A DNA stretch of 64,000 nt from Williopsis jadinii (Eukaryota): positions 1,364,001 to 1,428,000 of the forward strand of contig AP024664.1 in the NCBI GenBank assembly GCA_024346625.1, given 5' to 3'. Below the pieces are notes generated by a model. It was not told where the DNA came from. It made no database searches and worked only from the letters and a program-made list of their open reading frames with translations. Every line of letters begins with the position of its first letter. Position 1 is the first letter of the stretch. The translations under genes and the position numbers were made by a program. Below, piece after piece: positions 33,097 through 46,912 of the stretch.

Positions 33097-33641
33097 ATGG
33101 CTCATACGTGGGTATACTGTGGTGCAGCTGGAGGTGATGGTGGATACTAACAAGCTGATGAGCAAACAGACACGGTTATAGACGTCGTACTCGCTACAAA
33201 TTCGCCCGCGGCTTCAAAAAGCACGGTGCTCCTGGGCTGAAGACGTACCTCCACACGTACAAGAAAGGTGACATTGTGGACATCAAGGTGAATGGAGCGA
33301 TCCAGAAGGGGCTTCCACACTACTTCTACCACGGCAGAACGGGCGTGGTGTTTGACGTGACCAGGTCCAGCGTTGGTGTGCTGCTCTACAAGATCATTGG
33401 CAACAGATATGTTGAGAAGCGGATCCATGTTGGTGTGGAGCATGTTAAGCACTCCGATTCCCGGCTGGAGTTCTTGCAGAGGGTCAAGGCCAATGCTGAG
33501 AAGCGTAAGGAGGCCAAGGAGAAGGGCGAAGGCGTGTTGTTGAAACGTCAGCCAGCAGCTCCCAGGGAGGCCCACGTCGTCTCCACTGCCAACACCACCG
33601 TTGTCACGCTGAGACCACAGGCTTACGAGACGTTTATCTGA
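33097..33641 (+). CDS. RPL21: 60S ribosomal protein L21 (eL21), divergent; exons 33097-33107 and 33170-33641
   Basis: Intron GTGGGT...TACTAAC...CAG gives the 160-aa MAHTHGYRRRTRYKF...YETFI; ancestral position between RPS9 and RIM2. Confidence 0.92.
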
Positions 33642-34126
33642 GGCGCACAGGGCTCTGCTGGACAATGCTGTGCACTGTCCTAGTGGTAATTGAGGTCTGA
33701 GATCCTTCTCTTTCCACCGTTTTTATCTATTTTGTCTATTCATTTTGTCCATCCATTTTGTCTGTAGTGTCCTCAATCTTCTCGCACTCATTCGCCTGTA
33801 GTTGTTCCAATTCATATCACCCACTCCGTTGTAAACAGCACCAGCACCAGCACCAGCCACAACCTCCCATTGGCTCCAAACCACCGTATCCAAACCACCG
33901 TATCCAAACCGTGCTACTCCACCGTGTGATGGTTGCTCTAACCACATCGCACACGCCCGGCCAAAAGTGAAAAATTGCCTTGAAAAATTGTTTGATAGTG
34001 AGACAGTGCCAGAGCAAACAGAGAGAACACGGGCTGTGTGTATTTCTGTGCTTACTGAGTGCCATAGAACAAGAACCAGGTTGTGGTACATCACTGCTGA
34101 AGAGGCCAACACGGTATACAGACACG

Positions 34127-35194
34127 ATGTCGAAGGATTTGAAGAGCTTGGAGCAGGAGGCTGTGGAGTCGTCTACGTATCTGGCGAGCGATGAGAAGTC
34201 ATCGACTCAGAAGCTGTCACGGAAGCCCAGGGAGACCCACGGCGAAGGCGTGAAGCCGTGGGTACACTTCGTTGCTGGAGGCGTTGGTGGGATGGCCGGT
34301 GCCGTGTGCACGTCCCCGTTTGACGTTGTGAAGACCAGGCTACAGAGCGATGTCTATGCGTCGACCTACAAGAGCACAGTGAAGAGCCATAACGTTGTGA
34401 TACAGGCAGCGCAGCACTTCAAGGAGACGTTTGGCATCATCGGCAACGTCTACCGCACAGAGGGGTTTAGCGCGCTGTTCAAAGGCCTGGGCCCGAACTT
34501 GGTCGGGGTGATCCCGGCAAGGTCGATCAACTTCTTCACGTACGGTGTGAGCAAAGAGGTGATCTCGAACAACTTCAACCACGGCCAGGAGGACCCCTGG
34601 GTCCACCTGAGCGCCGGCGTGTTGGCCGGCGTGGCCACGTCCACCGCGACCAATCCAATCTGGCTGGTCAAGACCAGGCTCCAGCTGGACAAGGCTGGCC
34701 ACAAGCTGTACAAGAACTCGTGGGACTGTATCAAGCAGGTGCTCAAGCAGGAGGGAATCTACGGGCTCTACAAGGGGCTCACGGCGTCGTACCTGGGCTC
34801 AGTGGAGAGCACACTTCAGTGGGTGCTGTACGAGCAGATGAAGAAGGTGATCAGCGACAATGCTAGGAGAAGAGAGCTGAGTGGCCGTGAGCGTACGCAG
34901 TGGGACTCTGTTCTTGAATGGGGAGCACGGTCCGGGTCTGCTGGGCTGGCAAAGTTCATTGCATCGATGATCACCTACCCTCACGAGGTGATCAGAACAA
35001 GGCTCAGACAGGCACCGTTGAAGGATGGCAAGCCCAAGTACACCGGCTTGGTGCAGTGTTTCAAGCTGGTGGTGAAGGAGGAAGGCCTGGCGTCGATGTA
35101 CGGAGGATTGACACCACACCTTCTGAGAACGGTGCCTAATAGCATCATCATGTTCGGTACATGGGAGCTGGTGATCAAGCTGTTATCGAATTGA
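34127..35194 (+). CDS. RIM2: Mitochondrial pyrimidine nucleotide carrier
   Basis: Three carrier motifs PFDVVKTRLQ, PIWLVKTRLQ, PHEVIRTRLR; KPWVHFVAGG; synteny. Confidence 0.93.
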   Translation: MSKDLKSLEQEAVESSTYLASDEKSSTQKLSRKPRETHGEGVKPWVHFVAGGVGGMAGAVCTSPFDVVKTRLQSDVYASTYKSTVKSHNVVIQAAQHFKETFGIIGNVYRTEGFSALFKGLGPNLVGVIPARSINFFTYGVSKEVISNNFNHGQEDPWVHLSAGVLAGVATSTATNPIWLVKTRLQLDKAGHKLYKNSWDCIKQVLKQEGIYGLYKGLTASYLGSVESTLQWVLYEQMKKVISDNARRRELSGRERTQWDSVLEWGARSGSAGLAKFIASMITYPHEVIRTRLRQAPLKDGKPKYTGLVQCFKLVVKEEGLASMYGGLTPHLLRTVPNSIIMFGTWELVIKLLSN

Positions 35195-35306
35195 TGGGGC
35201 TAGTTGGCCCACTACGTATATATATCTATAGACCGAGAGAAGAGGAGGAGGAATCTCATGACGAACTTGTACATACCATCTGTGCTCAACGTGTAGCGTG
35301 TGCTGT

Positions 35307-35973
35307 TCATTTGGTGATATCGCCTTGATACATAAACTTGAGAATCTGGTCAACAGAGTACTTGGACGAGACGGCTGGCTCGTCAGCCATATCAACGTCC
35401 TTCTCGTCGTCACCATTGGCTTCACGCTCCTCTTGCTTCGTCTTGAAGCCTACAAAGTTGTACTTCTCCTTGGTGTCGACAGTGCACCTGGCAGCCCACT
35501 TGGTGATGTCCTCGTCGTCTTTCAACAGGAAGTCTGTGTTCTTGCTCTTGGACTCCTCGATCCACTCCACCACCTCTGGTGTGGCCTTCTTTCTCAGCAG
35601 AGTGGTGAGCAGGCCCTCCTGTTCAGTTGTTGGGAACGTAGGCAGAGGGTACGCCACCGTACGCTCTAGCACGTCGGAGTACGACGACAGTGTTGATGAG
35701 AGTGAGCCCAGCTGTGTGAGGATGATGCTCAGTTGAGCCTGTAGAGAGACGTAGTGTGTGAGCTGAGGGTTCTTGAACTCGGCCTGGAGCTTGTTCAGCG
35801 AGTGTGTGAGCTGCTGGCGTGTTAGTGGCGTGTCATCTTGACGCTGTTGTCATGGAAGCTCGTCATGGAAGCTCCCCAGGGAAACTCACCTGTGTCAATC
35901 GTAGCCTCAGGGCCTCCAGGGCCTCCACGGGCACGCCGGAATGGTCCACTGGCTGTTTCTGTTCCGCCTGCAT
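35307..35973 (-). CDS. MED8: Mediator subunit 8; exons 35973-35890 and about 35810-35307
   Basis: VPVEALEALRLRLTQ|LTHSL; VAYPLPTFPTTEQEGLLTTLLRKK; intron GTGAGT...CACTAAC...CAGCAG. Confidence 0.92.
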
Positions 35974-36122
35974 CGCTATGTCCTCACTGACGATGTTGTG
36001 TGGATAGGCTGGTTTTCCGTGATGTGTGTGAAATTTCACCTTACAACGCCATACAACTTCAAGCAGCGAGCAGTTGGGGCCCAATCCAGCGGACTAATCA
36101 AGGGGACAAACGAGGCCAAACA

Positions 36123-36800
36123 ATGGCTAAAAGATCGCATCTGAACCCAGCACAGGACGAGAGTGAGTAGCACGATGATTTCATAGGCAGACGGGTCGCT
36201 AACTGTGGGTGGAAAGGACGTCGAATAAGGCAGAGGGAGATAAAGAAGGCCAAGGAGCATCGCCAGGAGCAGAAGCTCGAGAGGTTGAAGACCGTTGATC
36301 CTGGAAGACTGCAACGTCGGATTGATGAGCTGGAGGCCAAGAAGGAGAGGAACGGTGGCAAGCTATGGCACGAGGAGCGGACGCTGGAGTCGATGAAGAG
36401 GGACCTGGAGGCGGTGAAGAAGCTCCGCCTAGGCGGGGTGGAGGGCCAGGCAGGGGGCCAGGCAGAGAGGTCAGGGAGCCAGGCAGAGAGGCCAGGGAGC
36501 CAGACAGGGAGCCAGGCAGACACTCCCAAGCCACAACCATTGGGCTCAAGGAGTATCTTCTACCATCCTCAGTGGAACGTGAAGGGAGAGCCACCGTTTG
36601 GCCTGCCAAACGTTGAGTTTGATGGCGTCTCAACCAACACCTCTGACAAACCGTTGGACATCCCCTTGCCCAAGGGCCCAAAGCCCAAGTTCTACAAGAT
36701 TGAAGTACACAGCATTGAAAGGGAAGCGGACTTGAAGCCCGCCTCTGGCACGAGCTTCATTCCGTCCACGATACAGAGGAAGAGGAAGCTCAATCAGTGA
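36123..36800 (+). CDS. AIM4: Aim4-like / Wbp11-NpwBP family protein; exons 36123-36162 and 36217-36800
   Basis: Intron GTGAGT...CGCTAAC...AAG gives MAKRSHLNPAQDERRRIRQREIKKAK; LGSRSIFYHPQWN motif; AIM4 position after MED8. Confidence 0.75.
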
Positions 36801-37041
36801 GGTTTACAGGGAAGACAAGAGCCTCTAAAAGGACAATTCCTTGCTTGTTTCTCATGAAATTGTTGTGTAATCATAAACGTATCTTATTCATTTTTTTGGC
36901 TTGTGGTGTAGTTTTAGATGATGATTGTTCTCTCCCGGTGGAGCTTGCTCGAAGACCCTCGTCCACGTTCGTAATCTCGGCCGTCTAAGGGTTGAATATT
37001 GATATGAACCTCTCTTCTAGAGAATGGAAGCAACAGAGCAC

Positions 37042-38110
37042 TCACTTGGCAGCAGCAAAGATCTTCTCAACCTCGGCAACGGCCTCGTCCAAGGCCTTCT
37101 TCTGGAAGGCTGGGGAGGCAATCTCCTTTTGCACCTTGGCAATGACGGTGGAGGACAATTGCTCCTGCTCCAATTGACGAACAGAGGCCTCGTATCTGAC
37201 CCAGGAGTCCAAGACGGCCTTGGCCTCGTGCGCAAGCTCAACCTTCTGCTTCAACTCAAAGGCCTGGGCCTCGAGCTCCACGGTCTCCTTGGACACCTCA
37301 AAGAGAGCCTTTGTGGTGTCGACAACCTCCTTCAACTCAGAGACAGATTGGATTCTCTCCTTGACAGCCTCAACGTGCTTAGTTCTGGATGAGTTCAAGA
37401 TGTCGGAGACAGACTTGATTCTCTCATCAGCCCAGTCCTTGTACAATGGAGCAACAACCTTGGCAACGATGGCGGAGAAGGCGATGAAGGTACCCAAGAG
37501 AATGGACTCCTCGTTCAACACGTACAACTCGTTGGAGATGGCGTAGACAGAGGCAGCGGTGGCGGTGGCCAGGATACCAGTCTTGGACAATGGCGAGTTA
37601 CCTGGGAGGGCATCGATGATGGAGGTGGCCTTCTTCTGTTCTGGCGTTTGAGTGGACAAACAACGAACACCGATTCTGCACAACGCTGGCTGTTAGTACG
37701 ACGATCCTGAGACGGTAGAAGGTGCCAGTGGGCTCTAACAAGCGGGAGAGACACCACAGCAGCATTACACTGATACATACGGAGCAACACGGTAAAGGGA
37801 AGCTGGGCGAACAGCTGTGACAATGTTAGTAACCAGAACGCTCACAGGACAACAGTACAGGCACCAGCGACGCCAATTGATCACCACAGGGGCCCACAGT
37901 CGGCACAATGGCCAATACATCGCCAGCCGCCACAGCAGCTTCTCGAGAGCACAGCGAGGAGACAACACACACCGTCTCCAACAGTCAACAAGCTCCTCTC
38001 GCTCGCTCTCGACAACAGGACGACACAACGACACAGCCACCAGTGATCAATTGGACAATCTCACCAGCCACAACGAACTCACCTCTCAAGGACAATTGGC
38101 GCAAACTCAT
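37042..38110 (-). CDS. ATP4: ATP synthase subunit b (4); exons 38110-38083, 37814-37781, 37675-37042
   Basis: Two introns (GTGAGT and GTATGT donors, TACTAAC branches, CAG acceptors) give MSLRQLSLRAVRPASLYRVAPIGVRCLST; SIIDALPGNS, AVLDSWVRYE. Confidence 0.95.
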
Positions 38111-38444
38111 CTCTGTAGTTCTCTTTGATCTCTGAGTGGTTTTCTTTCCGAGGAGGAGTGTTTTGTTGTTGATTTTAGGGGGATTTTGGGTGCTTTTTTT
38201 CGTTTTTCCCCCTTCGACTTTGTGTTTGCCGAAGAAGTTTTTCAGAGGGGCGGCAACGGCGCGATTTCGTTGGCCAGTTTGTTGTTGTCACGGAGCGCGG
38301 GATGGCAGACTGGGGTCGGTGTGGTGTGCAGGTGTGGTGTGCGGGTGTAGTGTCCAGGTGTTGTGATGTCCAGGTGTTGTGATGTCCAGGTGTACGCATA
38401 ACCTCCTACCCTCCACACTACAGCTAAACTGCCAATATCATACA

Positions 38445-39846
38445 TTACTCAGGCACCATCGCCCTTATAGAAGGCTGCCATAGGTGCAACGTGTTGTCGT
38501 TAGACACACTCGCAACCATCCAGGGATCGTTGGCATTCCAGCTGGCGTCGTTGATCCCCAACAGGTGGCCACAGTGCTTGAACATACACCGGCCATCGGA
38601 CACATCCCACAACTTCACCACCGGGTCCTCTGAACCACTCGTCATGAGCACTTGACCGTGCACCGGGTTCCAATTGACACACGAGATGGCTCCCTCGTGT
38701 GCTCGCAGCGTCGACATCGCCTCCGTGAGGTTCCGGACGTCCCAGATGTGAACGTTGCCATCACCGTCACCACTGGCAACACAGAACTTGTTCTGCCTGT
38801 TCCAGGACACAGCATTGACGCCATTAGCGTGTCCCTGTGACGTGTGCGAGCTACTAGAGCCCTGTCTGATGTCCCACAGCGTCAGGGCATTTGCCTCATC
38901 TCCCGTGATGAACATGGAATGATGCTGTGGACACCATTCCACGTCGTTGATGCCACCGGAACTTGTAAAGCAGTTCGTTGCGTCCAGGTTGGCAACCTTG
39001 GTGCTGAACTTTGTAATGTCCCACAGCTTCACTTTGCTATCCATGGCACCACTGAGTAGTAGTCCTTCAGCGTTGCAGTTCCAATCAAGGGCAAATCCTT
39101 CCTCTGCGTGTCCCTTCAGCGTAACATCGACCTTACACCCGTCAGATTCGTTGCTGGCGTGCTTGGTCTTGTCGAATATCGATACTGACCCATCTTCACA
39201 GATCGTGCCTATGAGATCCGGGTTCTGAGGCATGTAACGAGCTTTGTTAACGGTGCTGTTAACCAATATCTGCTGTAGAAGACGGAATTTACCAGAGATT
39301 GGGTCAGACGTGGCGAACTCCTGTAGATCTGGGTCGTATTTGGAGAAGTTGGCCTCTTCAAACTCAGGCTTCTTCGTGATGGAACCGATCTGGAGATGCT
39401 GTGGTTGTAAGGACGAGGTGTAGGTGGAGGTCAGAAGACGGTACGTCGTTCTCCCTGGCTTGGCTCTATACAGTGGTTAGTACTTTCTCCAGGGGAACAT
39501 CCACCTGTTGTAGTTATAAGTATAGAAATCATGGTAACTTACGTATCCTTATCAGGGAAGAACTGTACAGTCAACGACGGCCAAACGTGGTTGTAAGTAT
39601 TCAGGTAGTCGTAGAGAGCCACGGAGTTCGTCTTCCACGCCCTATAGTCTAAACAGGATGGTTAATAAAGTGAATATAGCGTATATAAGTCGGGTGTTCG
39701 ATCTTACTCTCTTGAGCCTTGGTATCAATCATAGGCTGTGACTCCTCCAGACCTTCGGCCTGTTCCGTGTCAACAACATCAACGCCTCCAATGGCATCAA
39801 CCAACTGGACTTCAGCACCAGCTTCTGTTACAACACCTCCTTCCAT
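38445..39846 (-). CDS. MSI1: WD40 histone chaperone Msi1/Cac3 family; exons 39846-39708, 39648-39543, 39465-38445
   Basis: Spliced NYRAWKTNSVALYDYLNT...WPSLTVQFFPD; VNKARYMPQNPDLI; WD repeats; synteny with PGI1. Confidence 0.88.
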
Positions 39847-39892
39847 CGCTGTTTTTACCTTGTGAGCTCATCCGATGAACCACCGACGCGTC

Positions 39893-39980
39893 GTGGAAGT
39901 GAACTTTTCTACTACATCGCCAATGTCACGTGACGCATGGTGGAAGTGAACTTTTCTACATCGCCAACGTCACGTGACGC
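39893..39980. repeat. About 44-bp tandem duplication carrying two GTCACGTGAC (Cbf1-type) palindromes in the MSI1 promoter
   Basis: GTGGAAGTGAACTTTTCTAC...ATCGCCAAYGTCACGTGACGC at 39893 and 39940. Confidence 0.85.
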
Positions 39981-40103
39981 GCCAGTTGCTCATCGCACAC
40001 GCTTACAAAGCATACAAAAAAGCCATATGAAACTAACATTAAACTGCTAAGAAACCAAACCAAACTACAAACTAAACTTGCTAAACTAACAAAGCATCAC
40101 ATC

Positions 40104-42874
<2,771 letters not shown>

Positions 42875-42913
42875 GCTTCCCTGATGCCTGGTGTTGATGG
42901 CTCAATGTTGGGA

Positions 42914-43002
42914 TGCCCAGGCAGACGGTGGTGATTTTCTCTGCCCAGGCAGGCGGTGGTGATTTTCTCTGCCCAGGCAGGCGGTGGTGATTTTCTCTGC
43001 CC
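42914..43002. repeat. 28-bp tandem repeat, about 3.2 copies, in a short divergent promoter
   Basis: TGCCCAGGCAGRCGGTGGTGATTTTCTC at 42914, 42942 and 42970. Confidence 0.9.
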
Positions 43003-43072
43003 GGAGCTAGCGTACACACATCAACATCACCGTCTAAGCAGAGGGAGCAGCAACGACGAGCAGGCACTCACG

Positions 43073-43930
43073 ATGGAGAAGAGCACACAGCCGTGGAGAA
43101 AGCTACTGTACACACCACAGCCCTACCCAGATAACTATACAGATGTGTCGTTCTTGTCTCAGCTGAAGAGGAACTCCACGGTCAAGAGATACACCTTCCG
43201 GAAGCTCATCTCGGACTTCTCGCTGGTGTCGCTACACCTCAACACGCTGGCCTTGACCCATATCTTCTTCCTGGGCCTGTACTCGTACGACACAAGGATC
43301 GATGTGCCGCTGACCGTGTCGACAACGATCTCGGTGCTGCTGCTGCTGTTCTACAACTCGTCCGACAATTCCTCTCGTGTGGTGATACAGGACGCGTTGA
43401 AGTCATCGTTGGTCATATCGTTCACGATCTTCACACTATCGCCTGTTCTGAAGTCGCTGTCGGAGTCGACGTCCTCAGATTCGATCTGGTCCTTGTCATT
43501 TGGGCTCGTGGTTGCCAACTTGATCACTACTGACTACCACTTCAACTTGAAGGACAAGTTCAACCCCATAGTGTCCACCAATGTGCTCATCGCAGAGGCC
43601 ACGGTGCTGGCGTCACGTTTCAACTCAGATGCAAAGGTGTTTGCCTTCATGCTCTTCTGCATCCAAATACATGGCATATTCCCGATATTCGACACCTGGT
43701 TGAGAGAGTTCCACGTCCCAATCCATCACTTGATGACACTAGCAACCGGGTCAATTGCAACGTTTTGCATCTACAAGATGATGGAGTTCCCGTGGCTGCT
43801 CATCTGGTGTATTTTGCACTCTACAATACTGGTATTCTGCCCTATATACTTCATCCTACTACAGAAGTACAAGAATGAACTACAGGGGCCATGGGATATC
43901 GCCAAGCCAATACTTAATGGAACAGATTAG
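43073..43930 (+). CDS. GPI2: GPI-GlcNAc transferase subunit Gpi2/PIG-C
   Basis: PWRKLLYxxQPYPDNYTD, LSPVLKSLSESTSSDSIW, QKYKNELQGPWD. Confidence 0.93.
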   Translation: MEKSTQPWRKLLYTPQPYPDNYTDVSFLSQLKRNSTVKRYTFRKLISDFSLVSLHLNTLALTHIFFLGLYSYDTRIDVPLTVSTTISVLLLLFYNSSDNSSRVVIQDALKSSLVISFTIFTLSPVLKSLSESTSSDSIWSLSFGLVVANLITTDYHFNLKDKFNPIVSTNVLIAEATVLASRFNSDAKVFAFMLFCIQIHGIFPIFDTWLREFHVPIHHLMTLATGSIATFCIYKMMEFPWLLIWCILHSTILVFCPIYFILLQKYKNELQGPWDIAKPILNGTD

Positions 43931-44001
43931 TTGCAGTGTAAAATAAACATACATGGTTTCTTTCTCTTGTCGTGTTCTGCTTCGTACGAGGCCTTGTACT
44001 C

Positions 44002-46140
44002 TTAGCCACGGAATATACCAGCAGCAAGGCACAAGTTCCCCCTGGTGAAGTGAACTTTATAAACAGGACTTCTCTTTGTAAAGAACGCAGCCAAATGATC
44101 AGTCGTGGCAACAATCTCCTTACGGCGTCTCGCATCCTCTTTGTCCTTACCACCAGTGTTAACAGAGGTAGTTGGATCATCATTCATAGGGAAAGGCTCC
44201 GGTAGAGGCCCAGCTTCGTTGGTGTTTCTCTTGATATCCCAGACACGGACCGTGTTATCAGCAGCACCAGAGACAAGTATTGAGCCCTCTTGAGAGAACG
44301 CAAGGGAGTAGATAGATGAGCGTCCATGACCTCTCATGGTCTTCAGACGACGTCCAGAACCGATATCCCAGATGTTAATGATGGAATCCTCGCCAGCACT
44401 TGCCAGCCAACGGCCATCTGGAGAGACGGCCATTGCGTTGACAGCCCCAGTGTGTCCATTGAAGATCCTTACACTGTTACCTCTTGAAACGTCCCACATA
44501 CGGCACGTTTTATCTGCAGATCCTGTGAAGACATATGTAGAGTTTGGATGGAATTCAACAGTATCAACATCGTTCAAGTGTCCAGCAAATATTCTAAGTG
44601 GATAGATATGATCTGTGCTCCAGAGTCTTGCAGTGTGGTCATGGGAAGCAGTTGCAAAGTAGTGACCCAAAGGTGAGAACTTAACATCCCAGATTGGATG
44701 GTTATGCCCCTTATAAGACACCAAAGCAGTATACGTGTCCAATGACCAGAGTCTCGTGGTTTTGTCTTCAGAACAAGAAAGCAAATAACGATTATCAGGA
44801 CTGAAAGACAGCCCATAAACGGAACCACTGTGACCAATCAGCTTTCTGGTATTCTCATGATTGTGCTTATCACTTTTCAACACAGATTGTAACGGAGATC
44901 CATCAATAGACCATAATCTGATGTAACTGTCTTGGAATCCACCAGCAATCATTGTAGAGTCCTCGTTAAACTCAAGTGTCGTCAATTCGTTATTGGTATT
45001 GTGGAAAGTATACATACACACACTAGGTGCAGCAGCTTGAATCGTATCCAACTTAATCTTATCACGAGAATCACGAACAGCCTGGATCTCCCTCTTCAAG
45101 TCCAAGGCGCTCTTTTGTGGGAGTGGGAGAACATCTCGAGATGGTGAATCAGAATCTGCTTTGGTCATCTCCAGAAACTCCGGAACTAATAATTCTTCAC
45201 CTTTAGATTTTTCATCCTTCTTTTGAAGTTCTGTTTCAACTTCTTTTGCAAACTCTGGATCCATCGGCATCTTCCCGAGTTTGACTTCCTGACTGTTAAA
45301 CTTGGATACCTCATCAGTCTTTTGCAATCCCTTAATACCGTCATCTAGGGCACCTTCTCCAGCATTCGCAAGGGATTCATTGGTGATCACCGGTGTGATG
45401 TATCTGTTGATTAAGCTGATCATCACTGATCCACCCACGGCCTCATTTTCATGAAGGAAATAGAGAAGTAGATTTAGAGCAGTGCGAGATATGTGCAACA
45501 CATAGCTGTTATCTCTGTACAGTTTGGCCAACTCATTCTCCTCCAAGTGTTCAGCAGTTCCAATGGCCGATAGTTTGCTGACTTCACTTCCATGCAAGAT
45601 CTCATGATCCGATTTGAAACGGTCAAAAAACTTTCTTGCAGAGCTTGGGTCCTTGCGTACCAAGTCCAAGAACGCATGGACAAACAATGGGTATAGCACT
45701 CTAAACAATTCTGGTCTGTAGATATCCAAAGAACTTTCAACCCAGGCTTTCAACATCGAGTAACCCCTTACATATACCGCCGGCTCGAGCTTCTCCACGT
45801 TCGCTACCGAGGACTCATCTGTCACTGGTTGACGAGACGCATTCCCAGCCACGTTAGGCAACGGTTGTGTTGGAACATGTGAGCTCTCCACGCGCAACAT
45901 GGCCTCGGTCTTGAGGTATCCCTTCTTGTTTAGATACTCCAGAACGATCCTGTTCAGGTCCGCCGGTGAGAACGTATTCCCTTGACGGCGCGCTTGAGCA
46001 TTGGCCTGATTCGGTTGTCCCTGTTGTCCCTGTTGATTTTGGTGACTCTGCTGTGCCGATGTCTGTGTCTGAGCGCTTCCCTGCGACGACGATGGACCTG
46101 TGGCATTGGTCTGTGAGCTGGGTGTACCGTTCTGCGACAT
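44002..46140 (-). CDS. TAF5: TFIID/SAGA subunit Taf5
   Basis: DLNRIVLEYLNKKGY, PSVCMYTF, WD40 repeats. Confidence 0.96.
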   Translation of the reverse strand: MSQNGTPSSQTNATGPSSSQGSAQTQTSAQQSHQNQQGQQGQPNQANAQARRQGNTFSPADLNRIVLEYLNKKGYLKTEAMLRVESSHVPTQPLPNVAGNASRQPVTDESSVANVEKLEPAVYVRGYSMLKAWVESSLDIYRPELFRVLYPLFVHAFLDLVRKDPSSARKFFDRFKSDHEILHGSEVSKLSAIGTAEHLEENELAKLYRDNSYVLHISRTALNLLLYFLHENEAVGGSVMISLINRYITPVITNESLANAGEGALDDGIKGLQKTDEVSKFNSQEVKLGKMPMDPEFAKEVETELQKKDEKSKGEELLVPEFLEMTKADSDSPSRDVLPLPQKSALDLKREIQAVRDSRDKIKLDTIQAAAPSVCMYTFHNTNNELTTLEFNEDSTMIAGGFQDSYIRLWSIDGSPLQSVLKSDKHNHENTRKLIGHSGSVYGLSFSPDNRYLLSCSEDKTTRLWSLDTYTALVSYKGHNHPIWDVKFSPLGHYFATASHDHTARLWSTDHIYPLRIFAGHLNDVDTVEFHPNSTYVFTGSADKTCRMWDVSRGNSVRIFNGHTGAVNAMAVSPDGRWLASAGEDSIINIWDIGSGRRLKTMRGHGRSSIYSLAFSQEGSILVSGAADNTVRVWDIKRNTNEAGPLPEPFPMNDDPTTSVNTGGKDKEDARRRKEIVATTDHLAAFFTKRSPVYKVHFTRGNLCLAAGIFRG

Positions 46141-46535
46141 GTTCACCTCTGCTTAAGCTATCACCAAATTGTTTAACTTCACAAGAAGCGCGCTGCGTTA
46201 GTAAAGGAAAGGTGTGGTGAAGCTGAAGTAGTTTGTTGATGTTGATGTTGATGTTTCGATACGCAAAAACGACCTTTCTTACGTAAGCATAGTTCGGTTC
46301 GTGCAACAACTAAGAATTGTTTTTGGAGGCTCAAAATTGGTGACTGAAGAGCTGTGTGAGTTCACTCATAACCACTAGGGCATATCGTGAATGTTGGATC
46401 CGATTCAAAGTTAATGATAAACAATTGGTTACCAAGCTATTGTGATTATTATAAAAAATGTTCAGTGATGACGTAGCATGGTGGTCGGTAGGCTGACATC
46501 CACGCCATGAATGTCAGTTCAGCGAAAAAAAATTA

Positions 46536-46607
46536 AGGTCGCACCCGGATTCGAACCGGGGTTGTTCGGATCAGAACCGAAAGTGGTGACCACTACACTA
46601 TGCAACC
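46536..46607 (-). tRNA. tRNA-Gln(CTG)
   Basis: GGTTGCA...TGCGACC acceptor stem, anticodon arm TTCGG-TTCTGAT-CCGAA, GGTTCGAATCC, T8 terminator. Confidence 0.96.
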
Positions 46608-46912
46608 AAAACGCATGTCTGAATTTTCCCTACGTCAGTTTTAACACGTGCTCATCAAGGGACTGTATACATAATCAACTAACGCCTTTTGGCCAGGTTG
46701 TTGCTTTCACTTGTCTTAAAAACGTTGGTAATGACTCGGCTCTACATTAATTGAACTTGAGTAGATGCTCAGAATCATTTATTATATAATATTTGGTCAA
46801 TTCAAAGCCTTGTTTGAAGCACAATGGTACCGCATCGAACAAATAACAAAAGAAAAAAAAACAGCACAGATTAAGAACGCCAAAAGGAACCAATGATAAT
46901 AATGACACTTCT

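Noticed and set aside
42914..43002. 28-bp repeats as a CRISPR-like array
   Set aside because: Head-to-tail copies with no spacers, no cas genes, eukaryotic context.
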